DNA of 44,891 nucleotides from Eubacteriales bacterium (GTDB lineage: Bacteria; Bacillota; Clostridia; Oscillospirales; QAKW01), in contig JAZMZQ010000088.1 of assembly GCA_045586045.1 (NCBI GenBank), positions 1 through 44,891 on the forward strand. Reading direction: 5' to 3'. How positions within the stretch are numbered: the stretch's first letter is position 1; each line of letters opens with the position of its first letter. Made by a program: the position numbers and the translations under genes. Below are positions 16,728 through 26,248 of this stretch, in pieces. The notes under the pieces were generated by a model. The model did not search any database. It was not told where the DNA came from and was given only the letters and a program-made list of their open reading frames with translations.

Positions 16728-19700
16728 TTAGCGGCGTGCTTTTTTGATTTGGAGAAATGTCATAATGCCGCCGCTTACAAACAAGAGTGCAAACCAAAGA
16801 GCAAGGTTTGAAGTATCGCCGGTTTGGGGCTGATGGGTTGCCTCATTCTGAGGTTCTTCGGGCTGAGGCTCTTCGGGCTTAGGCTCTTCAATTGAAGGTT
16901 CTTCAATCGAAGGCACTTCCACCTCGGGTTCTTCAGGTTGAGGCTCCTCGGGTTGAGGCTCCTCGGGCTGAGGCTCTTCGGGCTGAGGCTCTTCGGGCTC
17001 GGGCTCTTCGGGATTTGGAGCGGGAGTATAGTCGTAGATATTCTCAAAGGTGGCGATAATCTGCTCTGCTGCACCGCCGTTATTGGTGAGGGTGGCGATC
17101 AGCTGATTATTTTCTCCCATAGAGATCGCCACGGTAATGAGATATTCTGCCGTGCTATAGGTTACATGCTCTTTCCCCGTATTGATCTCGGAAAGCTTAT
17201 AGGAATAGGTCTTGCCCAGATCCTCTTCTCCGTAGCCGAGAGTAAAGACGGCCTTGCCCAATCCATCGGATTTCAAGGTGAATTTCTCATGGGTCTCGAT
17301 GTTTTCCAGCAGGAATTCAAAGCCTTCGGGGCCGATGGTCTCGCTGCCCTTCTGGGTGATCTTCTTTTCCACTTGGAAATGGACCTTGATATCTTCGGGC
17401 TTGGGGGTATAGATATTGGTAAAGAGAATCTCTGCGGCAGGATGCGCCTCGCCTACCTTTTGGATCAGGCGATTTTCTTCATAAAGCTTGCCGTTGAGAT
17501 CGTCCTGGACCTCTACCGTCAGGAGATATACGCTCTGATCGTTGGTAACCCGATCGGCGGTGGTAGCAGGATCTTCTGTTACCATAAACCGATAGGTGCC
17601 GGCTGTCGCGATGGTGATGGGGGTGAAACGGAAGCTGCCGTCTGCGGCATTGAAGGCCTCCAGAGGAGTAGCCCCATCGGGGATGGAAAAGCTCTCATCA
17701 ACCGCATAGAGGAAGAATTTGAATTCTTTTTCTCCCAAGGTGCGGCCCGTGAGCTTTTTGGTGCCGCCGATCTCCAGCGGGAGCGTATCGGTATGATAAT
17801 GATTGGAGAAGAGGATGGAGCTTGCTTCCGTGCGAACGATTTGAGGTTGCTCGTTTTCATCCAATTCAATCGTCTCCTTAAAGATCTTGGTGGTAAGATC
17901 CAAAGCGCCCAAAAGATTATCGGTGGCGGTAACGGTTACATGGAATTTGGCAGGATCATAGACCACGCCTCCTGCAGCGCCCGCCTCCTCCTCGATGAGG
18001 AAATAGCGCTCGCCTGCGCCGGTGAATTCAACTTCGGGGAAGGCGATATTGCCATGAAGATCATTGGCAACCTTTGCGCTGATGCCGCCGCTTATGGGGG
18101 TGGCAAAATCATTGGCGGTTTCCAAGATGGTGAATTGGAATTCTCCATCCCGAAGCACGCGGCCATGCAGTTCCTTGGTGCTGAAAAGGTTGGCGGCCTT
18201 TTTGGCGGGCTTATAGGAATTGGTGAAATGAATGGCGGTGGAGCCATCGCTGCTCTTTACAATCGATTGCTCCGTTGCAAGACCGCCGATGCCGTTATCC
18301 TTTACGACAACCTTTACAATATAATGGTTGGCCGCATAGGTGATGCCCCGATTTTCTGCACCCTTGATCTCTTCGATCTTATAATAATGCGTGCCTTCCT
18401 CGGTATAGGTGAGGGGGGCGAAGCGGATCGGAGCGGTGTCTCCGTTTGTGATGCCGCTTTCTGCTTCCAGAATGAAGGGATTCTGCAGGGGAGCACCGGT
18501 CTCATCGGCTACCTCGGTGAGGCGGAACTTGAATTCGCCGTTGAGAAGGGGCCGCCCATTGAGGGTTTTGGTCCCTTGGATGGTGGCAGCAGCGCTTCCG
18601 CTGATGGTATAGAGATTATTGAAATTCAGAGCATTGGGAGCGATCGTCCCTGCCGCACCGTAGGCGGTGATATGGGGATAGCCATCGGCGATCCGCAGGC
18701 GGGTGGTGCCGTCCACATCAATGAATTTCTCTACCAAGACGGTGATATGATAGTGATTCTCATCGGAGGTGATGCCCTCTTTTTCAAGATGCTCCTCTTT
18801 TACCGAGAAGTAATAGAGCCCCGGTGCAGCAAAGGTGATTTCATTAAAGGAAATGGCGTTGCCACGGTTGGAAACCTTTTGCAGCTCATCTTGAATAACA
18901 AAAGCGGGAGTGGTTTTATAAAGATAGAAGTTGAAGCTTCTGCCGCCCAAATCCTGCTGCCCGTTGAGGGTCTTGGTGCCGGAAAGGAGCAGAGTGGCTG
19001 CCACGTTGGGCTCATAGGTGTTGGTATGGGAAATCTCTTCCCCTGCATAGGGAGAGGATACGCCGTTGGCGGGGGTATAGGCGGTAAGCGCCTTGTTTTG
19101 GGCATCATCCCATTGGATTTGGAATTGGCCGATCCAATCCTCGTTATAATGCATTCCTACAACCCGATCTGCAGTGGGGGGTGCAATTTCGCGAAGATGA
19201 TAGGTCTTGCCGGATGTGCCGAGAGAATCCTTGGTTACAGGGATAGCCAAAGTAGCTTTGCCGTCTTTATCGGTCATGACATAGTAGGCAGGGGCGGTAG
19301 CGTTTTGGGATTCAAAGAGACCGAAGGTGATATCGGCAAGATGGTCGGTATGGGGATTGCCGGCGGCATCCGCAACAGCCTTGCTCAAATGGATATAGAC
19401 GATATCTTTGGTTACCATATTGGTGAAATTCTTAGTAATGGTAAGGCTGCCATCAAAGGTTGCTCCTTGCAGGGTGCGGATATCGGCGATTTCCAAAGCG
19501 CCGTCGGCATTTGCATCTGCAATCGTTACGGCAAATAAACCGTAAGAGCGGTCATAAGCCATATCGGGAATCCGATCTGCATCGGCGGGAATCTCTTCTG
19601 CCACGATGAAATAATAGGTGCCGGCCTTCTCAAAGGAAGCGCGGTTGATGGCGGGATCAGAGAAATCGAATTCATAATGGGGGCTGCTCTCGGTTACAAC

Positions 19701-22700
19701 AGCAGCATTGCCCAATGCTACGGGATCAGAATCCGAAAAATCGGAGATTTCATAAAGGCGAATGGAGAATTCTGCTCCTGCAGGCCATGCGCCCGCAACG
19801 GTTTTGGTGCCTTGCACCTTCAAATTAAGGGGGGCGGGAGCAGGCTCATAGTTATTGACCACATGGGCCTGATCGATCTCAGAAGCGCCGATGACCTTTG
19901 CCGTATCGGAATAGCGGATCGCGATATTCCGATAGCCTGCGGGCAGGGATCTCTCGCTTACCTCATAGGTTACCCCTTCGGGGATATTGCTGAAGGTGGC
20001 AGAATCGCCGTCTTTTAAGGTCAGGGTATAGGTGTTGCCGTTGGCAACGGCGCCGGCGGGAGGATTCATGCCGCCAAGATCTCCGCTGAAGGCAACATCA
20101 ATGGTAAATTCTTTTCCATTATGCTGGGCGTTGGGCGTAAAGCCTTCGGGATAATTGACATCCTTGCTGATCACCAGATCGCCGCTTCCCAAAGGAGCGT
20201 TGGTGAATTCAACGGGAGTGATGGTTTGATTCTGCAAGGTCAGAGAAGCAACGCTTCCGGTGATCGGGGCATTGCCCACCAATACCTTTGCGACCCGATA
20301 GCCGCTGCCGCTTTGCTCGCTTACGGTATAGTCGCCGGCGGTAAGGCCGATGATATAAACCGTCTCGCCGCCTTTGAGGCTGATCTCGCCGGTGGCAGGC
20401 AGGGCAGAGCGGCTTTCCTCTTGGCCGTTTGCATCCAAGCGAACCACCTGAGCACCGCTGTGATTGACATCGATCGTGAAGGTGAAGCTCTCGGTCGTCT
20501 CATACCCTTCGGCGAGGGTCTTGGTCAGCTTGATGCCGGTGGCGGGAGCAAGGGTCAGCTTACCATTGTTGCCCAGAGTAGAATAGGTGTAATAAATATC
20601 GCCGTCTTTTTCTACAAACGGATGATCGCTGTAGGGCATGGTTTGGGTATTTTCATCCCCTGCGCCGATGATCTTCTCGGTGCGTTCGTAATCATAATAG
20701 CGATGGATGACATCCTTGGGGATGACCCAGCCGCCCGAGAGGTTTTCATTGGCGACGACCGAATTCATGGCCTCTGCCGAGATGGGCTCCAGATGGTGGT
20801 CATCTGCATGGATTCTGAGCGTGCCGTTGGTCAGCTTTTCATATACCTGCAGCTGATGGTAATAGCCGCTGCCTTGGGGCTTTGCGCCGGTATAGGGGGT
20901 GCCGTCGGCTTTCAATACGGGGGTATTTTGGGTGTAATAATAGCGCTCGTTGCTGATGGAAGGCTCAAAGTGGCTGTAGGTATTAAGGGTATCCTCTGCC
21001 GCGGCCTTCCACTTATTGGTATAGAAGACATATTTGCCATCTTCCTTGGGATGATCGGCAGGCAGATGCTCAGCAAGATTCCAATCCTGCAGCTCCTCTC
21101 TCAGCTCTGCTTCATAGAGCAGGCGAACCGGCGCATAGGCATCGGTGCCGGTATCGGAGGCAAGCTGCAGATCCATCAGGCGGGTGATATTGCCATCGGA
21201 ATCCACCTCGACCTCCACCTCATAAGTCAGGGTGGGGATCAAGGAGGCGGGGATCTGCCAAGTGAGGATCTGATCGCCGGTGGCGATCTCGGTGGCGATC
21301 CGCACGGTCATATACATCATATCCGTATTGGAAACGCCGGAAAGAACGGTGGTATCGCCCAAGAAGCCATAGGACTTCATATAATGGGTAGCGTTTGCGG
21401 GATATTGATCGGCAGAAATCCCTTCATGCCAGAAATCAATAAAGTTGCCGCTTGCATCGGAGAACCAACCGATATAGTTGCTGAATTCGGAATCGGAGCG
21501 ATAGTAGAGCTGCTGATGATCATAAGCGGCTGATACCAGCGCTTGGGCCACAGGGGTGCCGGAAATGCCCAGCCGCTCTTTGACCGATTGGATCAGAGCG
21601 TCGCCCATGGCGGTAGGTTGGCTGGGAGTGCCCAGGGCATCATCGGAATCTCTCAGTGCGCTTGCCAATGCGGCGCCGGAGAACAAGCGATTGCCGACCA
21701 CCAAGCCCTTGACATCGGAAATCTCCATAAAACGGCCGATTTTATCCACAAAGGTCAGATAGCCGTCGTGGTTATGGTTGCCCTCCACATAGGTGGGATA
21801 ATAGCGGGATTGGAGGATGATTTCGTTGACGATGGCGGCAAAGGCCTGATTCATGGCATTATCATTATTTGCCGCAAAATAGCGATCGACATAATCCCGA
21901 TCTGCTTCGCTCAGGCGGGCAAGGCCGCTTGCCGCATTTTGGACATAGAGCCGCTCATTGGTGGCGGAGGCAGACCAGCCGTTTTGCCGATAAACCCGAT
22001 AGATGGGGATATTCTCGCCATCAAGGAAATCGGCCCAAAGATTATTCTGCACAGCGCTTGCATTGGTAGGATTCAATACGCTGAGCGCCTCGGGGCGATT
22101 CAGCGCGGTAGAGCCATAGCCCAAGGTATAGAGCAGGGCCGGCTTTTCATAGTGATCGGTGATCTGCTTTTTGGCAAAGGCGGTGGTCAGGGAGGTAACG
22201 AAGGCGATGGAATCCCGATGGCCGATGCCGTTGCGATCGGCGGTAGAGCCATCGTAATGCCACATGGTGCTCTGGCCCAGCTCCCAATTTCCGTTGCTTT
22301 GCTGAGCGCCGTCGTAGTCGGGGTTGGCAAGGGTGGGCTCGCCGTCGGTCATCAAAACCATGATGGGCAGGCGGTTGGTGCCGGCCTGCACCCCTTCTTT
22401 GACGACAGGATCTGCCTGAAGCAGAAGGTCCATGGCCTCATAGACACCGTCCTGCATAAAGGTGCCGGTAGATACATCGGTTTTAACGGTCGATACGAGG
22501 TCGCCTGCGGAATTGCGCACGCCGCTTGTTACCTGCAACGCATAATTCTCTACGCGATCATCGTTGCGGGTGGGATTGAGGAACTGCCCGTTTGCGGCGG
22601 GGGTATAGTTATCCAGCGGCATCAGAACGCGGGTGATTCCATCGGCGGCAGAGAAGGATTGGTTGGTATTGCCTGCATAAAGCACCACTGCCACACGATT

Positions 22701-23213
22701 GTTCTTATTCAATGCCAGCAGGGAAGAAATGGCGGTATTGGCGGAGGCTGCCAGCTCATCCAAAGCAGAGCCGCCTTGATCGTCGGTATAGCGCATGGAG
22801 CTGGAAAGATCCAGAATAAAGACGGTATCGGTAGGCAAAGTGGAATAGCCCTTGATCTGCTTGTTGGAAGCCATGGCCGAGAGGGCTACCAAGAAATTAT
22901 CGCCCTGATCGGCAATGGAGAAGGATTGCTGATTGTATTTGGCATCCAGCAGCTGCTGAGGGATTTCCTCAGGATCAAAGACCGATTTATCGGTCCAGAC
23001 ACTGCCTGCATATTCGGTGGAAAGCTCCACGTTATTGGGATCATTTTCCTTAACGCCGAAATAAAGCTTCCATTGATCCAAGGTATGGGGGTCTACCACC
23101 GTATGGTCTGCGCTTGCGGCGGCAACGCTCCAAGCGGGCAGGGAAGAGAAAAGCAAAATGAAGCAAAGCAGGATGCTCATGATGCGGGTGGAAAGATGGA
23201 TTTTTTTAGTCAT
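16728..23213 (-). CDS. 2161-aa cell-wall-anchored surface protein: signal peptide, vWA domain, multiple pilin-isopeptide / Cna-B-like repeats, PEEPQ linker, sortase signal variant
   Basis: Signal peptide MTKKIHLSTRIMSILLCFILLFSSLPAWSVAAASA; MIDAS VFILDLSSSM. At least six G/S-TK.L.GR.L..GEF.F.L units and Y.VSE..LPAGY motifs. C-terminus QPQTGD + hydrophobic helix + KKARR. Confidence 0.85.
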   Translation of the reverse strand: MTKKIHLSTRIMSILLCFILLFSSLPAWSVAAASADHTVVDPHTLDQWKLYFGVKENDPNNVELSTEYAGSVWTDKSVFDPEEIPQQLLDAKYNQQSFSIADQGDNFLVALSAMASNKQIKGYSTLPTDTVFILDLSSSMRYTDDQGGSALDELAASANTAISSLLALNKNNRVAVVLYAGNTNQSFSAADGITRVLMPLDNYTPAANGQFLNPTRNDDRVENYALQVTSGVRNSAGDLVSTVKTDVSTGTFMQDGVYEAMDLLLQADPVVKEGVQAGTNRLPIMVLMTDGEPTLANPDYDGAQQSNGNWELGQSTMWHYDGSTADRNGIGHRDSIAFVTSLTTAFAKKQITDHYEKPALLYTLGYGSTALNRPEALSVLNPTNASAVQNNLWADFLDGENIPIYRVYRQNGWSASATNERLYVQNAASGLARLSEADRDYVDRYFAANNDNAMNQAFAAIVNEIILQSRYYPTYVEGNHNHDGYLTFVDKIGRFMEISDVKGLVVGNRLFSGAALASALRDSDDALGTPSQPTAMGDALIQSVKERLGISGTPVAQALVSAAYDHQQLYYRSDSEFSNYIGWFSDASGNFIDFWHEGISADQYPANATHYMKSYGFLGDTTVLSGVSNTDMMYMTVRIATEIATGDQILTWQIPASLIPTLTYEVEVEVDSDGNITRLMDLQLASDTGTDAYAPVRLLYEAELREELQDWNLAEHLPADHPKEDGKYVFYTNKWKAAAEDTLNTYSHFEPSISNERYYYTQNTPVLKADGTPYTGAKPQGSGYYHQLQVYEKLTNGTLRIHADDHHLEPISAEAMNSVVANENLSGGWVIPKDVIHRYYDYERTEKIIGAGDENTQTMPYSDHPFVEKDGDIYYTYSTLGNNGKLTLAPATGIKLTKTLAEGYETTESFTFTIDVNHSGAQVVRLDANGQEESRSALPATGEISLKGGETVYIIGLTAGDYTVSEQSGSGYRVAKVLVGNAPITGSVASLTLQNQTITPVEFTNAPLGSGDLVISKDVNYPEGFTPNAQHNGKEFTIDVAFSGDLGGMNPPAGAVANGNTYTLTLKDGDSATFSNIPEGVTYEVSERSLPAGYRNIAIRYSDTAKVIGASEIDQAHVVNNYEPAPAPLNLKVQGTKTVAGAWPAGAEFSIRLYEISDFSDSDPVALGNAAVVTESSPHYEFDFSDPAINRASFEKAGTYYFIVAEEIPADADRIPDMAYDRSYGLFAVTIADANADGALEIADIRTLQGATFDGSLTITKNFTNMVTKDIVYIHLSKAVADAAGNPHTDHLADITFGLFESQNATAPAYYVMTDKDGKATLAIPVTKDSLGTSGKTYHLREIAPPTADRVVGMHYNEDWIGQFQIQWDDAQNKALTAYTPANGVSSPYAGEEISHTNTYEPNVAATLLLSGTKTLNGQQDLGGRSFNFYLYKTTPAFVIQDELQKVSNRGNAISFNEITFAAPGLYYFSVKEEHLEKEGITSDENHYHITVLVEKFIDVDGTTRLRIADGYPHITAYGAAGTIAPNALNFNNLYTISGSAAATIQGTKTLNGRPLLNGEFKFRLTEVADETGAPLQNPFILEAESGITNGDTAPIRFAPLTYTEEGTHYYKIEEIKGAENRGITYAANHYIVKVVVKDNGIGGLATEQSIVKSSDGSTAIHFTNSYKPAKKAANLFSTKELHGRVLRDGEFQFTILETANDFATPISGGISAKVANDLHGNIAFPEVEFTGAGERYFLIEEEAGAAGGVVYDPAKFHVTVTATDNLLGALDLTTKIFKETIELDENEQPQIVRTEASSILFSNHYHTDTLPLEIGGTKKLTGRTLGEKEFKFFLYAVDESFSIPDGATPLEAFNAADGSFRFTPITIATAGTYRFMVTEDPATTADRVTNDQSVYLLTVEVQDDLNGKLYEENRLIQKVGEAHPAAEILFTNIYTPKPEDIKVHFQVEKKITQKGSETIGPEGFEFLLENIETHEKFTLKSDGLGKAVFTLGYGEEDLGKTYSYKLSEINTGKEHVTYSTAEYLITVAISMGENNQLIATLTNNGGAAEQIIATFENIYDYTPAPNPEEPEPEEPQPEEPQPEEPQPEEPQPEEPEVEVPSIEEPSIEEPKPEEPQPEEPQNEATHQPQTGDTSNLALWFALLFVSGGIMTFLQIKKARR
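16848..17012 (-). repeat. 15-nt tandem repeats encoding the (PEEPQ)n stalk
   Basis: gaggctc[c/t]tcggg[c/t]t units on the plus strand, about 10 copies with variants. Confidence 0.85.
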
Positions 23214-23225
23214 GGTTTTTTCCTC

Positions 23226-23573
23226 CTATAATAATTTCTGCCGCTTGGGGCAGGAGCAGAGTCCGAATAATTCTTCTTGCTTGCGAAAGTGCACGCAATC
23301 GGCGCAGCTATCGCCGGATGAAGGGCCTTGATAGCCCTCGCAGATATCCTGCATGGCCGTAACAAAGGGCAGGCCGTCTTTGGTAAAGCGGGGGCTTTCC
23401 AAAAAGTCGGGATAGATGGGGATGGGCTCATTGAATCGGCTGTGCCGCTCAAAATCTTCATAATATCCATAATAAAGATCAAAGGTGATGCCCTCGATGG
23501 TTACGCTCTTATAAAGGGTGCCCTCCTTGGGAGGGGCTTGAGAGAGATCCGAATTGAAAAGATTGGTAAGCAT
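23226..23573 (-). CDS. Hypothetical 115-aa protein with a C-terminal Cys cluster
   Basis: ATG 23573 follows AAGGAAAGG. Tail CADCVHFRKQEELFGLCSCP. Ends 13 nt before the adhesin start. Confidence 0.5.
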   Translation of the reverse strand: MLTNLFNSDLSQAPPKEGTLYKSVTIEGITFDLYYGYYEDFERHSRFNEPIPIYPDFLESPRFTKDGLPFVTAMQDICEGYQGPSSGDSCADCVHFRKQEELFGLCSCPKRQKLL

Positions 23574-23747
23574 ATGAAATCCTTTCCTTGGAGAGGGGCT
23601 CCATTTTATTTTCGGCAAAAAGAAAATCTGCCATACTGATTTTTCTAAAAACAGTATAGCAGATCTTTTTTATTTTCGGTATTACCCTATCAAGTAAAAA
23701 TCGGCCAAAAATGAATGACCGATTTTCCCCCAAAACGGCTAAAAATT

Positions 23748-24986
23748 TTATAAAAAAGCGGCGAAATTTTCGCGGGAGGCACCGGTCTTTGCCGCCACAT
23801 TGCTGACCGCCTGCTTGACCGCCGAGACCGACATATGCAGCTTGGCTGCAATCTCGCCGTTTTTCATCCCGAAAGCGGCAAGCTTTGCTACCGCCCGCTC
23901 CTTTTGGGAAAGGGTGGTAATAATGGTGCGCCCACGGACCGATCCGCTCAGCTTCGACCAGCCTTCGTTATAGATCCGATAAAGGCGGTTTACCTGTTCC
24001 CATGCAGAAGGATCGGCAAGGGTGAGCCGCTGCTCCAGCAGATGGGAAAGGACGCGGCAATATTCCGCCAGCAAGCCGTAAAGCCGATCGGGGCGCGCAA
24101 GAGCGATGGCCCGATCAATATGATAGATGGCCTGCTCGTCATTGTTGCTGTTGTGGTATACGGTGGCGCAGGTAAGCCGCAGATAAATCTCGGAGATCAA
24201 TGCTTTATCGGCCATTGCCTGAGAAATCATAGGCTCAAGGGTGTTGGGGATCATCCCCATCAGAGAGAGGCCCTGTATCCCTTGAAGATTCATCTCTTTG
24301 GTGGCTACCGCATAAGCGGAGGCATATAAATATTTGGCATAAAAGACCTTAACCGCAGGCAGAGCATCATGGTGCAGCGGCTCAAAGCGCCCCATCTTAA
24401 ACCATTCGGGGAAGGCAGAGACATCATAGAGCATACTGTCCACCGCTGTAATAGAAAAGGCGGCAATATCCCGATCCTGATCGCTTTTTACAGGCGCTTC
24501 TGCAATATGGATCTTGGCCTTTCGCCAAAGAGCCAAATCCCCCCGCCAGATGGCGCAAAGGGCAAGGAGCATGCCTGCAGAGATCATGGCATAAAAGCCG
24601 CCTTTTTGGTTGAGCAGCTCATTGGCGACATCATATGCCTTTTCGATCTCTCCGCGGGAATAGGCAATCTCTGCTTGCAGCAGGGTTTGGGCCTCGGGAT
24701 TGGCGCTGAGAGCGGCAATGCACTCCTCGGCCTTGCCGGAGGCGGAATAAAGATCGGTCATATGCAAAAAAGGGGTCTTTCTCGGCATGGGCAGGTCATT
24801 TTCAATAAAGGGGTACTTCTGCGCCCGTCTTCTGCCGTCGGCAGGGCGGAGGGCATCTTTGGGAATCATCCAATCTCGGCCCATGCGGCAAGCCCCCTCA
24901 ATCTTTCCCTTTTGGCATAGGGCTTGAATATAGCGAAGCGAAACCCCCCAAAGGGCGGCGGTCTCCTGAGCGGTATTCCATTCCAT
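23748..24986 (-). CDS. LuxR-family regulator with an extra N-terminal MerR/excisionase-like HTH
   Basis: C-terminus LSQKERAVAKLAAFGMKNGEIAAKLHMSVSAVKQAVSNV (LuxR HTH). N-terminus NTAQETAALWGVSLRYIQALCQKGKIEGA...WMIPKDA. Helical-repeat middle region. Confidence 0.7.
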   Translation of the reverse strand: MEWNTAQETAALWGVSLRYIQALCQKGKIEGACRMGRDWMIPKDALRPADGRRRAQKYPFIENDLPMPRKTPFLHMTDLYSASGKAEECIAALSANPEAQTLLQAEIAYSRGEIEKAYDVANELLNQKGGFYAMISAGMLLALCAIWRGDLALWRKAKIHIAEAPVKSDQDRDIAAFSITAVDSMLYDVSAFPEWFKMGRFEPLHHDALPAVKVFYAKYLYASAYAVATKEMNLQGIQGLSLMGMIPNTLEPMISQAMADKALISEIYLRLTCATVYHNSNNDEQAIYHIDRAIALARPDRLYGLLAEYCRVLSHLLEQRLTLADPSAWEQVNRLYRIYNEGWSKLSGSVRGRTIITTLSQKERAVAKLAAFGMKNGEIAAKLHMSVSAVKQAVSNVAAKTGASRENFAAFL

Positions 24987-25097
24987 GGATCAAACGTCCT
25001 TTCTAAGAATTGTGCGCCATGGCGTACACTATAAGAATAGTATACTACGCCATGACGCACAATGCAAGAATTATTTCTTTAATTTGAAGAAGGCGGA

Positions 25098-25182
25098 GGA
25101 AAACGAGTAGGATTTCTTTTCCCTTGCCGATTTATAGAATCGGCAGAATTCTTTTATTCTCTTATTTTCTGCGGTCTGTGCC
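25098..25182 (+). repeat. 'Unit A' repeat, copy a
   Basis: 85 nt, nearly identical to 25346-25430 (one difference noticed, G/A at TGCCGAT vs TGCCAAT). Confidence 0.9.
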
Positions 25183-25187
25183 TTTTT

Positions 25188-25327
25188 TTGACACGCTGGG
25201 AGACTCTCAAAAAAGAGTGCAGATTTCGTCGATCTGTTCTCGTCGGCGTACATAGGTACGGTAGAGAGCAGATCGGCGGAAAGCAGAAAATTTCAATCAA
25301 AATCCGCATCACTATGCGGATTTTTTC
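25188..25327 (+). repeat. Structured repeat 'unit B', copy 2 (candidate small RNA)
   Basis: Aligns end to end with 8433-8577. Helix 25227-25239 / 25266-25278; terminal stem 25300-25308 / 25315-25323 followed by T6. Confidence 0.8.
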
Positions 25328-25345
25328 CTTATTATAAAAAAGCAA

Positions 25346-25430
25346 GGAAAACGAGTAGGATTTCTTTTCCCTTGCCAATTTATAGAATCGGCAGAATTCT
25401 TTTATTCTCTTATTTTCTGCGGTCTGTGCC
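25346..25430 (+). repeat. 'Unit A' repeat, copy b
   Basis: See 25098-25182. Followed by TTTTTTGGCAGTCTG and a terminator hairpin. Confidence 0.9.
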
Positions 25431-25445
25431 TTTTTTGGCAGTCTG

Positions 25446-25479
25446 AAAAGGGATGTGATTTTTTCACATCCCTTTTTTT
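25446..25479. terminator. Terminator after the SGNH hydrolase gene (bidirectional shape)
   Basis: AAAAGGGATGTGA ttttt TCACATCCCTTTT adjacent to the stop at 25481. Confidence 0.75.
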
Positions 25480-25480
25480 C

Positions 25481-26182
25481 TTAAAAAAGTATTTTTGCTG
25501 CCTCATTATAGATTCGCTCGGCGATGGCGCTCATGCCAAGATCGCCGGGATGGGCGGCAACGCCCGAATGATCGAAAAGGCCGATCGCCTTCATCTGATC
25601 CTGCTCCCCTAAATCGCCAAGGTAAATGCAGGGCAGATTTTGCGCTTTGGCATATTCCATGATCCCCTCATCCCCCGGATGGGCCCAGAAGCCGGTGGTC
25701 AGGAGGATTTTTGCTTTTTGGGAAGGATTCAGATAAGAAAGGAAGGCATCCAGCTCTTTGATAAAGAGAGAGGAATCAAATTCCTTTTTGGGGCAATTTT
25801 CAATAAACCGCATGATAATGAGATCGGCATCGAAATCGCGGGCGGATTGATAGAGAGGGTAGGTCTCTGCGCCTGCTTTATATTGCCGCTCCCAATCGGC
25901 TACCTGGCAGATGCAAAAGGCGCTTTTTTCATCCTTTTCCAGAATCGCTTTCATCAGCAGATGCGCATAATCTTTTTCTTTGGCAGAGGCGGCCATTCCC
26001 CATTCGCCATGCCAGCCGATATCGGCTTTAGGGCCATGGAGCGTAATGGAATTGCCTAATATTAAAATGCGCTTTCCACTACCCTCTAAATTGAAAAAGC
26101 GGATATGGGCCAAATCTTTTAATTGATTTTTGGAATCAACGGTATTTTTATCCATTTGAGAGAAATCATTGGGTTTATTCAT
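25481..26182 (-). CDS. SGNH/GDSL-type hydrolase
   Basis: RILILGNSITLHG (block I, Ser nucleophile context) and a later HPGD block. ATG 26182 preferred; the ORF opens with TTG at 26248, directly after the upstream stop. Confidence 0.6.
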   Translation of the reverse strand: MNKPNDFSQMDKNTVDSKNQLKDLAHIRFFNLEGSGKRILILGNSITLHGPKADIGWHGEWGMAASAKEKDYAHLLMKAILEKDEKSAFCICQVADWERQYKAGAETYPLYQSARDFDADLIIMRFIENCPKKEFDSSLFIKELDAFLSYLNPSQKAKILLTTGFWAHPGDEGIMEYAKAQNLPCIYLGDLGEQDQMKAIGLFDHSGVAAHPGDLGMSAIAERIYNEAAKILF

Positions 26183-26248
26183 CTGAGAATCCCTGCCTTT
26201 CGATGAAAGGATACCATAGTTTCTTTGGATAAGCAAGATTAAATGCAA

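Noticed and set aside
16938-23231. Very long plus-strand ORFs (866, 470 and 562 aa) antisense to the giant adhesin gene
   Set aside because: Their translations are low-complexity G/I/A/L-rich strings with no motifs. They lie entirely inside a strongly supported minus-strand gene and have no RBS. They are shadow ORFs produced by the repeat-rich, codon-biased opposite strand.
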